DNA of 64,000 bases from Promethearchaeota archaeon (GCA_029838195.1 JALGVJ010000017.1:32001-96000), one strand, 5' to 3'; positions 39,815 to 49,493 are shown, counted from the stretch's first letter. Program-made: numbers and translations. Notes: generated from the sequence alone by a model not told the origin.

Positions 39815-41281
39815 ATGCTATTTCATCAGAAAACGAATGATAATAAAAAGGATCCCTATGAAGAATACCAAGTCCTCTGTGGAATAGAAGAAGAATTTCT
39901 CATCATCGATGAAGATGGTATTTTAAAAGAAGCAGCGGATGAGATCATGATGAAGGCAGCGGAACTCTTGGAACAAAATCAAGACCTCTTAAATGCCCTT
40001 AGACTCAAAATCAGGAGTTTAGATGCGGAACCGAATCCCTCCCAGATTGAATATGTTACACTTCCGTTGGAACCCCGATTCATTAAAGAGGCGGTACAAG
40101 CAGGACGGCAATTATTAATTCGGGCAGCGAAAGAAATTGATGCTAAAATTGTAGCTCAAAGTCTACATCCAATTCAGAGCGATCCCCATCCTATTGTTGG
40201 CACGCATGTCAATGTTTCCGTTCAAAAAAAGGGACACATCATGAAAGCAGAAGAATTGGAAGCCGTCCATAATTATTTATGGAATTATTTACCGGAACTT
40301 ATCGGAATTAGTGCGAATTCTCCCATTTATAAAGGAAACCTCACGAACATAGCAAGTAATAGGTGTGCGAATAGCACCGTTCTAAAAAAAAATGGTTTTG
40401 CTACCATACAAGTGCCTAAAAATCGACCTGCCTTAGTTCCCATGAGGTATTATGGACGAATGAGATATCAATTAAAGATTGGTTCGGGAGAAGATGAGTT
40501 TTCTAAGAAGGTCATTACGAATAGTAGAGGAGATAGACTGGTAGATATAACTCCACGAGGGCCATTCACGAACATTAGCAACGATAAAGATGAAACACCT
40601 TCCAGAAATCGGGTAGAAGTTAGAATCATTGACGTACAACAAGACATTCAAGACCTATTAGATATTGCATATCTTTGCTGCATTTCGGGATTACATGCTA
40701 TTTATTTAAGTTCCACTGGTATTATCAAGAGAGATCCCTTCCATGACGTGAATCTAAATAATGCGATTGCTCATGGTCATCACTTAAAACTAAAACGCCC
40801 CAAAGGAATAGAAGAAACACTAGAAGATAGTTTAATTCGGTGGTTGGAAGATACCTTTAAATACCAATCCTATTTAGGCATTGAAATAAAAAATTTGCCT
40901 TCGATTAAACTTCAAAAAGAATATCTACAGAAAGATTTAAGTGTGAAATTCCAAACAAGAAAAATCGAAAAATTTCGACAACAAGGGAGAACTCAGGCTC
41001 TTATAGAATTAGTAGAACCCAGAACAGTTCAGGATCAGAGAGGGAATCAATACAGGGTGCAAAGAAATACCCGAATTGAAGGAACTTTAACAGCACGATA
41101 TCAATTAAAATATCAAGAAAACCAAGAAGGTTTGGTGACTAATTTTACTAACATATCGGTAGTTAATTATTTAAACGTCCAAGGCATTTACATTCCTTTA
41201 AAAAAGAATGATCGCGTCATTAAAGTATATACGGAAACAGAATCCCTTTTAGATAGATTATTTGGCAATTTTGGATTCTAA
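39815..41281 (+). CDS. Glutamate-cysteine ligase family 2 / carboxylate-amine ligase with C-terminal extension
   Basis: GIEEEFLII, QIEYVT, GTHVNVS, ISANSP and RVEVRIID motifs. Confidence 0.8.
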   Translation: MLFHQKTNDNKKDPYEEYQVLCGIEEEFLIIDEDGILKEAADEIMMKAAELLEQNQDLLNALRLKIRSLDAEPNPSQIEYVTLPLEPRFIKEAVQAGRQLLIRAAKEIDAKIVAQSLHPIQSDPHPIVGTHVNVSVQKKGHIMKAEELEAVHNYLWNYLPELIGISANSPIYKGNLTNIASNRCANSTVLKKNGFATIQVPKNRPALVPMRYYGRMRYQLKIGSGEDEFSKKVITNSRGDRLVDITPRGPFTNISNDKDETPSRNRVEVRIIDVQQDIQDLLDIAYLCCISGLHAIYLSSTGIIKRDPFHDVNLNNAIAHGHHLKLKRPKGIEETLEDSLIRWLEDTFKYQSYLGIEIKNLPSIKLQKEYLQKDLSVKFQTRKIEKFRQQGRTQALIELVEPRTVQDQRGNQYRVQRNTRIEGTLTARYQLKYQENQEGLVTNFTNISVVNYLNVQGIYIPLKKNDRVIKVYTETESLLDRLFGNFGF

Positions 41282-41357
41282 CTCCTTCATTCACCATTTA
41301 ATTTACGGCATAAAACATGGTATGATTTTTTTATAAATAACAGAAAAGAATAGCAGC

Positions 41358-42284
41358 ATGAAAGAAGAGAGAAAAAATAATAATAGAGAGCGAAGATCAA
41401 GAGATAATGGAGAAAATGATGCTAACAATCTCATTAATGAGACTGAAAACCATATAAATGAAGACGAGGCGAAAGAGAAAAATAGCAACCAGACCCACCT
41501 CACTCAAGAAAAAGAAGCACCAAAAGATGAAACCCAAGAAATAGAGAAAGAAAAAGTAAAAGAATCTCACATTAAAAAATACAAAATCGGTATCATAGAC
41601 AATTATCCCTTGGGCTTTTCTACCGATAGAATCGCTCGGTTTGAAACAATTCTTCAAAACATGATTGCAGATATTTCCGTGGAAACTATTCATTATAGTC
41701 AATTGAATCCGGACCAATTACAAGATTTTACGGGGCTCATTCTTTCAGGCTCTTCGTATAACGTGTCAGAGTTTTATTTTAATCCCAGATTAAAAAAAAG
41801 ATTTAAGCCGGAAATAGATCTCATTTTAAATCAAGAAGAAATTCCCATACTTGGTGTCTGTTTTGGACATCAACTCATTGCTTATGCCTACGGCATTCAA
41901 ATCTGCAGGATGGGAAGAGGCAGGGGCGATTGCATTATTTTTATAAGATTAAATCGAGTAGACGAGATCATCAACAAGAAAAATATCGCCGTAAACGTGA
42001 ATCATCGTGATTTTATTTCACCCAATAATTGCAATCTTTTAAAAAATTTTAAGATACTCGCAACCTCTCGCACTTGGGAATACCATATTGTCCAATACAT
42101 GAAACACCGAAAAAAGCCTTTGTATTCTGTTCAGTTCCATCCCGAAACTCATCACGCATACTTTTTTCACCCTAATCTCTTTGATGAAAAAATTGTATCA
42201 AAAACCAGAATGCAAGGAGAAAATATCATTGAAAATTTTGTATGGAGCTGTATTTATCGCAAAAATTCAAAAATTCAAAATTAA
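41358..42284 (+). CDS. Class I glutamine amidotransferase-like protein with charged disordered N-terminus
   Basis: GLILSGS, PILGVCFGHQ (Cys) and VQFHPE (His, Glu) triad. Confidence 0.85.
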   Translation: MKEERKNNNRERRSRDNGENDANNLINETENHINEDEAKEKNSNQTHLTQEKEAPKDETQEIEKEKVKESHIKKYKIGIIDNYPLGFSTDRIARFETILQNMIADISVETIHYSQLNPDQLQDFTGLILSGSSYNVSEFYFNPRLKKRFKPEIDLILNQEEIPILGVCFGHQLIAYAYGIQICRMGRGRGDCIIFIRLNRVDEIINKKNIAVNVNHRDFISPNNCNLLKNFKILATSRTWEYHIVQYMKHRKKPLYSVQFHPETHHAYFFHPNLFDEKIVSKTRMQGENIIENFVWSCIYRKNSKIQN

Positions 42285-42386
42285 CTCCTTTTACTTTCGT
42301 TCTTCTTTCATTAAAAGCTATTGGGCCAGTAATCTCTTTTCTTTTAAACCAATTTATTCAGAAAGAAAAAAAAAATTAAATTTAGT

Positions 42387-43808
42387 TTATAATCCCATCT
42401 CTTTTAATTTTTGCTTATTTTCTTTTGTTTTTTCCGCTGTTAAGTCATAATATTTTGCAAATACTATTATACCGATGAATAGAAAAATCGCCGGAATTAT
42501 TGCTGCTTGCATGCGAATGCCAAAAAGCGCTAAGGGTGTCTGTGATTCTATATTCGGATCAAAACCAGTTAACACGTGAGCAAGGGCAAAAATTATCGCC
42601 TGCGTGATGATTGAAAATCGCTGGAAAAACGTATTTGCCCCCATGTAAACAGATTCTTGATGCATACCTGTTTTAATGACCGTCTCATCGAGTGTATCGG
42701 AAAGAACAGGAAATCTAGGTGTTTTAAAGGCAGAAACGCCAATACCAAACAAGAACGCACAGATGAGAAACGTGATCGGATCCCAAAAAAATATTAGCGT
42801 TAGAAGTGTAAGTAAAAAAATAGTGGAGCCGATGATAGCCACTTTTTTATTATCGTTTATTTTTCGCATCAATTTTAAGAAGAGTGGCACCGAAGCAATT
42901 GAACCAATTATAGTGAGAGCAAGTAACGGAGTTGCAAAAGACGCAGGAGCTCTGATCGTGTATTTTACAAAATAATGGATTGACGCAAGCACGCAATTGA
43001 ATACTACATCACCTAAAAATGTTAGAAATACGAAAAGCATGAAATTCTTTTGTTTCACGGCCTTTTTCATCACGCTAAAAAAGCCTTCCTTCTCCTTGTG
43101 CATGTCCACGATTACATACCGATTTATCATGTTTTTCGTTTCTCTGATGCCGGGAATGGCTAACACAAAAAACACTAGTGCTAGCAAGGCGATTATTAAT
43201 CCCATGAATGAATATGAAGAGATATCACCATATGTTATTAATAACGGAGGAATGATTCCGCCTATTGCCGTTCCACACATCCCTAACGCCCAACCAAGAC
43301 TTCCCGTCTTTCTTCTCTCATCATCCGAGCGAAATTTGTCCGCAAAAAGAGAAAAATGATTATTTTGAAACATGGAATAAAAAGTATCGAAGCAACACGT
43401 CCAAATCACCATCCAAATAAATATTAGAAGCGTGTTTTCCGCAGGATTCGTAAAGGGTGGTGTCAAAATAAAGTACATGGAAAAAACCCAAGGAATAGCG
43501 GCAATAACCATCCATGGAAATCTTTTGCCCCAGCGCTTCCAAAGCCGATTAGGTTTATCGAATAAATAGCCAAGCAAGGGATCGTTTATCGAATTCCATA
43601 AGGAATAAATTACGTAGGCAATCGTAATGAACCACACGTATAATCCTATTTCTGTCTCATAAAAGAAGAATACGTACGTTCCAAACATGACGTTGTATAT
43701 TTCTATTAGAGAATTTCCAAAGCAATAAGAGACAACGGTCTTATTCGAGTGTTTCTCAACTGTATGTTCAATTCCCTTGGAATCCGGTTTTAAATTATTA
43801 GCATTCAT
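42387..43808 (-). CDS. MFS transporter (GPH sugar:cation symporter family)
   Basis: NDPLLGYLFD...WGKRFPW; 12 TM helices. Confidence 0.9.
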   Translation of the reverse strand: MNANNLKPDSKGIEHTVEKHSNKTVVSYCFGNSLIEIYNVMFGTYVFFFYETEIGLYVWFITIAYVIYSLWNSINDPLLGYLFDKPNRLWKRWGKRFPWMVIAAIPWVFSMYFILTPPFTNPAENTLLIFIWMVIWTCCFDTFYSMFQNNHFSLFADKFRSDDERRKTGSLGWALGMCGTAIGGIIPPLLITYGDISSYSFMGLIIALLALVFFVLAIPGIRETKNMINRYVIVDMHKEKEGFFSVMKKAVKQKNFMLFVFLTFLGDVVFNCVLASIHYFVKYTIRAPASFATPLLALTIIGSIASVPLFLKLMRKINDNKKVAIIGSTIFLLTLLTLIFFWDPITFLICAFLFGIGVSAFKTPRFPVLSDTLDETVIKTGMHQESVYMGANTFFQRFSIITQAIIFALAHVLTGFDPNIESQTPLALFGIRMQAAIIPAIFLFIGIIVFAKYYDLTAEKTKENKQKLKEMGL

Positions 43809-44054
43809 AATTCAAGATTGATACAAGTTATAATTAGAGTTAATAATGAAGAGATTATTAATAATAGATTTATTTTAATGTTATTTAAAGATTGCATGAG
43901 ACACCATAGTCGACACTAGTTAGCAAAAAAATAGGATAAACGTGGACATTCTAAAAATTATTATCAATTCCACTTGATAAATTTAAAAAATGCATGGTCC
44001 CGTGATATTTATTTAGAAAGCGTCCTTTCTCCTCTATTAAAACAAAAAGAGAAA

Positions 44055-44330
44055 GAGAAAACCATTTCTGATTAGCTCTCGAGGTGAGTATGGGGAAAAA
44101 GGCTTTCATTAAGTATTAGAAAAGAAAGGTAAGGGAATGAAAACATGAGGACTTCCCTCAAATGGGGAAAAGGAATCCCAATTCGGGATGAAAATAAACA
44201 TGGGAACGACCCGGTAAGAAAAAAAAAGATTGATCTTCGGATCAACGCCCGTTTCTCTAACGACGGGATGATGGGACAATTTGTCCAAATTTATAGTTAG
44301 AGAACAAGTTCTGTGGTCTTTTTCCTTTAT
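44055..44330 (+). ncRNA. Candidate structured non-coding RNA of unknown family
   Basis: About 39% GC by hand count, no ORF, closing helix 44094-44103/44316-44325, five or more internal hairpins including a C(UUCG)G tetraloop, and a possible pseudoknot. Confidence 0.45.
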
Positions 44331-44494
44331 ATTTAATAATAATAGAAAAAAAAAAAATGTAGAATTTAATGATTTAATAGAAAAAGAAAATGAAAAAAAC
44401 GAATTCTTTATTTAACGGGCCTGATTAAATAAGGAGGGTAGTTAATATTCAATTGGAGGGGTAAAAAAAGAAATTAAAAAAAACTTATGATTTA

Positions 44495-46033
44495 TTAAGT
44501 TGGCAATTCGATTTTAACACCACAATAATGACAAAAGCGAGCTCCTTTTTTTAACGTGCTACCGCAGTAAATACATGTTTTAGAGCCGGGAGGTGTAATT
44601 AAATCGGGCTTGGTTAAACCACGTCCCTCAAACTTCTTTCCACAATTTGTACAGAAATAAGCACTCGCGGGGACTATAGTTCCGCATCGCGGGCATGTTT
44701 TTTCTACGGGTGTTTCAGCTAATTCGGGTTTTTCTAGTTTTTCAAGAAGTTCTTTTACTGGTTGAGACCTCTTATAAGGGTTAATTGAGGGTGGCTCAGG
44801 AGCGCTTGCTTGCAAAACCTTTTTCTGATTCTTCCGAGCAATTGAAACACCAATGAAAATAATTGCCAAGATTACACCAAAAATGATAATAATCGATAAG
44901 AGGGTGGCCCATTGTTCAGCAGGGGATATCGTGGTTTCATAAGTGATATCAAACGTTATTTCTGTTTGTTCATCAAGAGAATTCATGGGATCAAGGTAAA
45001 TGAAAAAGTACCAATCCCCATCTCTGGGGACTGTAAATGTTTGCTGAGGGATTTCTTGCACCGCTTCTTGATAAAAACTTGTAGCGGAAAAATCTGGAAC
45101 GTTTTTGGCTTCATATTCAATGATAAAATCGAGAGAAGTAATAGAATACCTTTCATTATACCACACGATATAATAATCTTTTGATTCGGGCGTGAGATAC
45201 GTGCCCTTGCCACTTCGGACGGTGGTTAAGGAGACATCAAAATCAGGGCTTTCATCTTCATTCCAATCGCTTAATTGTTGGCCATCTGCAATGAAGAAAT
45301 CAAGCGGATTTGAGGCACTAAATTGATAACGAATAATAGACCCACCTCTCAGAAAAAAGGAATAATACACGTAATGGTTCATCTCTAATTCTAAGGAATA
45401 TTCTTCTCGTCCGCTTTCTGTAATGCGGGGCAAGTTTTCAAAAGGTTGATCCCATATTGCAAAAGTTATTAAGCTCCCGGATGATTGAACAGAAAAGGTT
45501 ATTGTATCCCCCGCTTTCAATTTTTCATATTCATACCAATACTCATCGAAATATAATGTTTCGGTGGATCTATAATTTATCGTGGATTTAAAGCCACTTT
45601 CTCCCGCAGGAATTAGTGCCACAACGGTGATGATCGGAATGAAAATAAATGCGACTAAGATGATTAAGATCAAAAATCCTAAGAGCAAAGCAGGCGAGTA
45701 ATACCATGGACGATACCACCAGCCAGTCCACCACGGAGAATGCCACCATCTCCAATACCACGGACGATGGTACCACCAAGAAGGTCTATATCCTCGCCAA
45801 TAATACCGTCTATGAGGACGGTAATAAACATGCCGATAAGGTCCAAGAGGTCTCCTATCAACTATTCTTTTAGCTCCCGTGCGTCCGAAGGGAGTTCCGC
45901 TAGGATGAGGAGTTCCCATTCGAAATCCTGTAGGGCCTCCTCGAATTCCTCCCCCTCGAAATCCTCCAATATTAGTTCCTCTAAACCCTCCTCCTATACT
46001 TCTAAAACTACGATCTCCTCCCCCTCGTGGCAT
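44495..46033 (-). CDS. Membrane protein: RGG/aromatic-rich N-terminus, TM, GOLD/APD1-like extracellular beta domains, TM, double zinc ribbons
   Basis: RGG repeats, W/Y/R/P-rich tract, two TM helices, FLRGGSIIRYQFS and DYYIVWYN strands, four CxxC pairs. Confidence 0.75.
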   Translation of the reverse strand: MPRGGGDRSFRSIGGGFRGTNIGGFRGGGIRGGPTGFRMGTPHPSGTPFGRTGAKRIVDRRPLGPYRHVYYRPHRRYYWRGYRPSWWYHRPWYWRWWHSPWWTGWWYRPWYYSPALLLGFLILIILVAFIFIPIITVVALIPAGESGFKSTINYRSTETLYFDEYWYEYEKLKAGDTITFSVQSSGSLITFAIWDQPFENLPRITESGREEYSLELEMNHYVYYSFFLRGGSIIRYQFSASNPLDFFIADGQQLSDWNEDESPDFDVSLTTVRSGKGTYLTPESKDYYIVWYNERYSITSLDFIIEYEAKNVPDFSATSFYQEAVQEIPQQTFTVPRDGDWYFFIYLDPMNSLDEQTEITFDITYETTISPAEQWATLLSIIIIFGVILAIIFIGVSIARKNQKKVLQASAPEPPSINPYKRSQPVKELLEKLEKPELAETPVEKTCPRCGTIVPASAYFCTNCGKKFEGRGLTKPDLITPPGSKTCIYCGSTLKKGARFCHYCGVKIELPT

Positions 46034-46035
46034 GC

Positions 46036-47046
46036 TTAATCATTCACCTCATGAGTGGTTAAATTTGTTTCTTTTCCCCGGAATATATAATTACGGAAAA
46101 TGGATACGATAATGAGGACCATGGACGCTATTGAAAAAGTTAATCCAAGAAGGTCAATGGAGATAACCTCACTTAAATTATAGATATTAAAAATCATGCC
46201 AAAGAATACCCATTCTAAAACCAAAAACAAGAGAAAAATGAGGGGTATTATGATTCGAATCGTTTGTGCAGCAATGATGTTTCTAGCATCCGAATAACTA
46301 GCATATATTATAGTAAATACGTTGAGGATTCCAAATATAATGGCTAAAATGCTTATTAAATCTAAAAATAACCAAGCAATTCCCTTCGAACTAATTAGAG
46401 AAGAATATTCGATTAAAAGATCGTTTCCCCTTGCTTCAAAAGGAAAAAATCTTAAAATTCCTCCACGTATGCTTGCACTTCCTAACTTGCTAAGAGTAGA
46501 TGCTTGATCAGCGTAAAAAAATCCATACATCCCGATCATTGGAAAGATCACGCCAAGGAGGAGAGCGAGCATAGCACAAATGCTTGCGAGCCAAAACTCT
46601 GCTAATTTTGGGTTTTCCACGGGGATCATTCCGATATCATCAAACGTCTCATCGGGAATGAATGACCAGCAATCTTGAATCGTGCATACTCCCTTAAGTT
46701 CCCCGCTTTCTACCACGGGTACGACGTTTACATGTAATTTTTGCATTCTCATGAAGGCCTCTTCCACGGATGTATCAAGATTAACCGGTTCAATTACATA
46801 CATCACATTTACCACTTTTTCTGTCTTGCAATCAATTCCTTCCGCAACGACATTTTGTACTATATCAAAATCAGCAATTACCCCTAACACTTTCTTTGAT
46901 TTAGAATCCAAGACCACGAGATCAGGTACACTAAGTTCCTTCATTTTTTTAGCAGCTTCATGGACGGTCGCTGTTGATTCAATAATGCCATATTCATCCT
47001 CAATAACCAGATTTTTTACCAGAAATTTCTTTTTAAGTCCATTCAT
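46036..47046 (-). CDS. CBS-pair domain fused to a 4-TM membrane domain
   Basis: ATVHEAAKKM...VLGVIADFDI and SVEEAFMRM...VPVVE..LKGVCTIQD CBS motifs followed by four hydrophobic helices. Stop lies 2 nt from the next ATG. Confidence 0.8.
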   Translation of the reverse strand: MNGLKKKFLVKNLVIEDEYGIIESTATVHEAAKKMKELSVPDLVVLDSKSKKVLGVIADFDIVQNVVAEGIDCKTEKVVNVMYVIEPVNLDTSVEEAFMRMQKLHVNVVPVVESGELKGVCTIQDCWSFIPDETFDDIGMIPVENPKLAEFWLASICAMLALLLGVIFPMIGMYGFFYADQASTLSKLGSASIRGGILRFFPFEARGNDLLIEYSSLISSKGIAWLFLDLISILAIIFGILNVFTIIYASYSDARNIIAAQTIRIIIPLIFLLFLVLEWVFFGMIFNIYNLSEVISIDLLGLTFSIASMVLIIVSIFRNYIFRGKETNLTTHEVND

Positions 47047-47121
47047 TATTAAATTTCGCTCTTAATTGTTATTTAATATAGTAGAAATCAAAACATGTTA
47101 TCATGAAGTTGGAAAATATTT

Positions 47122-47343
47122 CTAAAGATAATAAGGTATCTTAGGAATAAAATTATTATTGTTGGAAATTAAGAATTGATAAAATAAATCGAAAAAAATG
47201 GGGGTTGACTTAAAATTTAACCGGATACTTTCCATGTTTTTCGGTAGCTTCAAGGCGTTATATTGCTCCTCAAATTCATCCATAACATCAAACGACGTGC
47301 GAGGCGGAGCTCCTAACACTTCATAACATATTTTTCCATCCAT
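47122..47343 (-). CDS. Short hypothetical ORF or gene fragment
   Basis: 73-aa ORF; the frame stays open more than 20 codons upstream; no recognisable motif. Confidence 0.3.
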   Translation of the reverse strand: MDGKICYEVLGAPPRTSFDVMDEFEEQYNALKLPKNMESIRLNFKSTPIFFDLFYQFLISNNNNFIPKIPYYL

Positions 47344-47650
47344 CGTGATGATGTGTGTCAGAACTTGATTGGGCTCTTCTCTATTTAAAGTAATCCTCCT
47401 CTTTCCATACTATTTATGAAAATAAATAATCTTCCATTAATCTTAAGCGTTCATTTTTAAATTTACGTTTATTACCAAAAAGAAGAAAGAAATTTTAGAG
47501 TGAAATTACGTGCTATATTTAAGATTTAAAATAAATCCCTTGAAAACGTTAAATTTTAAATTAGCTTGAAAAATGCTAACCGTTAATATCAGTTAAAAAA
47601 ATATAAATGATATATCGTTCTTTACTATTAGTGATACCGAGAGGATCGAT

Positions 47651-48058
47651 TTGAAACGCTCAGATGATTGGTTAAAACAAGCTAAAAAAGATATCTTGCA
47701 TTCCAAAGAAAGTCTCAAAATTCAGCACCATGAATGGGCTGTCTTTGCGGCTCAACAAGGAGCAGAAAAAGCCATCAAGGCTTTATTTCATGAAATTGGA
47801 GCAGATGCCAGAGGACACTCGTTATTTTTCCTTTTAAAAAAATTACCGCAAAATTTTCATGTTTCGGATAAAATAATGAATAGCGCTAAAAGTTTAGATA
47901 AACATTATATTACTTCTCGATATCCAAATAGTTTTGCTTCAGGAGCTCCTGAAGATTATTATACTAAAGAAGAGGCTGAAGAGGCAATTAAAAATGGAGA
48001 AGAAATATTCAAATTCTGTGAGCGTCAAATATCCTCCCTCCGGGAAGGAACTTCTTAA
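47651..48058 (+). CDS. HEPN domain protein
   Basis: WLKQAKKD, AQQGAEKAIKA, GHSL and YITSRYP motifs. Confidence 0.9.
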   Translation: MKRSDDWLKQAKKDILHSKESLKIQHHEWAVFAAQQGAEKAIKALFHEIGADARGHSLFFLLKKLPQNFHVSDKIMNSAKSLDKHYITSRYPNSFASGAPEDYYTKEEAEEAIKNGEEIFKFCERQISSLREGTS

Positions 48059-48365
48059 ATTACTTAAAAATAATGCCGAAAACTTAGGAAAAATTATTCC
48101 TAATATAAAGAAAATAATTCTTTTTGGTTCCTTTGCGAGATTAAAACCTCATGCTAATAGTGATGTCGATTTACTTTTCATTATCGATAAAAGATTCCCT
48201 AATGATTTTGAAATAATTTATGAATTCTTATACGATTTATCTCTAAATTATGAATGGGCACCCCTAATTCTTGATGTAAATCATTTTAAAAAATTACAAG
48301 AAGAAAAAGGATTTTTTATAAGAGAGATACTTGAAGAGGGAATTATCATTTATTCTGAATTATGA
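47994..48365 (+). CDS. Minimal nucleotidyltransferase (MNT), partner of HEPN
   Basis: ILFGSFAR...SDVDLLFI; overlaps the HEPN 3' end. ATG 47994 preferred over TTG 47934. Confidence 0.88.
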   Translation: MEKKYSNSVSVKYPPSGKELLKLLKNNAENLGKIIPNIKKIILFGSFARLKPHANSDVDLLFIIDKRFPNDFEIIYEFLYDLSLNYEWAPLILDVNHFKKLQEEKGFFIREILEEGIIIYSEL

Positions 48366-48421
48366 ATTTAACTCTTTCTAATAAAAATTTGTAAAGAAAA
48401 TAAAAAAAATTCTTGGAATTT

Positions 48422-49294
48422 TTACTTTTCTAATAACTCTCTAATTTTTTTGACGATTTCTTTGAATGCCTTTGCGGACGCACTATCAGGATTCTTGATT
48501 ACAAACGGTAGACCCTGGTCTCCTTGTTCACTCACTTCCACTTCGAACGGAATCTTTCCCAATAACCTCACGTTAAAATCCCTTGAGGCCTTTTCAGCTC
48601 CTCCCGGCGGATATAAATCAATATATTTACCACAATGCGGACAATTAAAACCTGACATGTTCTCTATTATGCCTAGAATATTTCTCTCCATGATTTGCGC
48701 CATCCTGATCGTTTTGCGAGCATCCATTAGCGAAACTTCTTGAGGAGTAGTAACTACAATGACATTTTCATCGGGAATTAATTGGAGGATGTCTAAGGTC
48801 TCATCCGAAGTTCCCGGAGGCAGATCAAAGACTATATAATCCAATTCGCCCCAAACGGCATCTCCTAAAAACTGTCGCACGGCACCCATTTTCATGGGCC
48901 CTCTCCAAATAACAGGTTCATCGGTACTCATTGTTAAAAAAGCCATGCTTAAAACTTTCAAATTGAGCGGCCCTAATACGGGATAAAATTTCTTGGCGTC
49001 GGGGTCCACTCGTGGTTTCAATTCCGTGCTCACGCCTAACATTTTTGTCACGTTAGGCCCCGTAATATCCACATCAAGAATACCAACTCTCAATCCAACA
49101 CTGGCCAAGCTCATGGCTAAATTTACAGCCACGGTTGTTTTTCCTACTCCGCCTTTTCCGCTAATTACAACGAGTTTGTGCTTAATCTTAGCCATGTTTT
49201 CTTGAATGCTTTTCATTCTTTCATCAATTTGTTCTTTTTTTCCTTCCTCGACCGTTTTCTTTAGATCAATGTCAGGAATTTCATCATTTGTCAT
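48422..49294 (-). CDS. mrp: Mrp/ApbC/NBP35 Fe-S cluster carrier ATPase
   Basis: SGKGGVGKT, WRGP, DLPPGTSD and ENMSGFNCPHC motifs. Confidence 0.93.
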   Translation of the reverse strand: MTNDEIPDIDLKKTVEEGKKEQIDERMKSIQENMAKIKHKLVVISGKGGVGKTTVAVNLAMSLASVGLRVGILDVDITGPNVTKMLGVSTELKPRVDPDAKKFYPVLGPLNLKVLSMAFLTMSTDEPVIWRGPMKMGAVRQFLGDAVWGELDYIVFDLPPGTSDETLDILQLIPDENVIVVTTPQEVSLMDARKTIRMAQIMERNILGIIENMSGFNCPHCGKYIDLYPPGGAEKASRDFNVRLLGKIPFEVEVSEQGDQGLPFVIKNPDSASAKAFKEIVKKIRELLEK

Positions 49295-49479
49295 TATTCA
49301 TCAGCCTTTTATTTTTTATTTTTAGTTCATATTTTATTTTTTTTTCCTTTCTCAAGTAAAATTTAAATAAATAAAGTTCTAAAACTAATGGATTATAAAT
49401 TATTCAAATAAAAAGAATTCCCGTTATAACTATTAAATGTTTGTAGGTTTTTGATTTTAAAAATCAATTACTCTAAAAT

Positions 49480-49493
49480 TGAATAATCATTCA
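49480..49493. promoter_or_regulatory. Candidate operator, TGAATA-NN-TATTCA family (1 mismatch)
   Basis: TGAATAATCATTCA about 185 nt upstream of mrp; a half-site also lies at ~49401. Confidence 0.55.

Noticed and set aside
44055-44330. RNase P RNA, SRP RNA, hammerhead or canonical group I intron identity for the structured region
   Set aside because: The RNase P CR-I/CR-V pair, SRP helix 8 motif, CUGANGA/GAAA hammerhead core and P7 guanosine-binding pair are not present.
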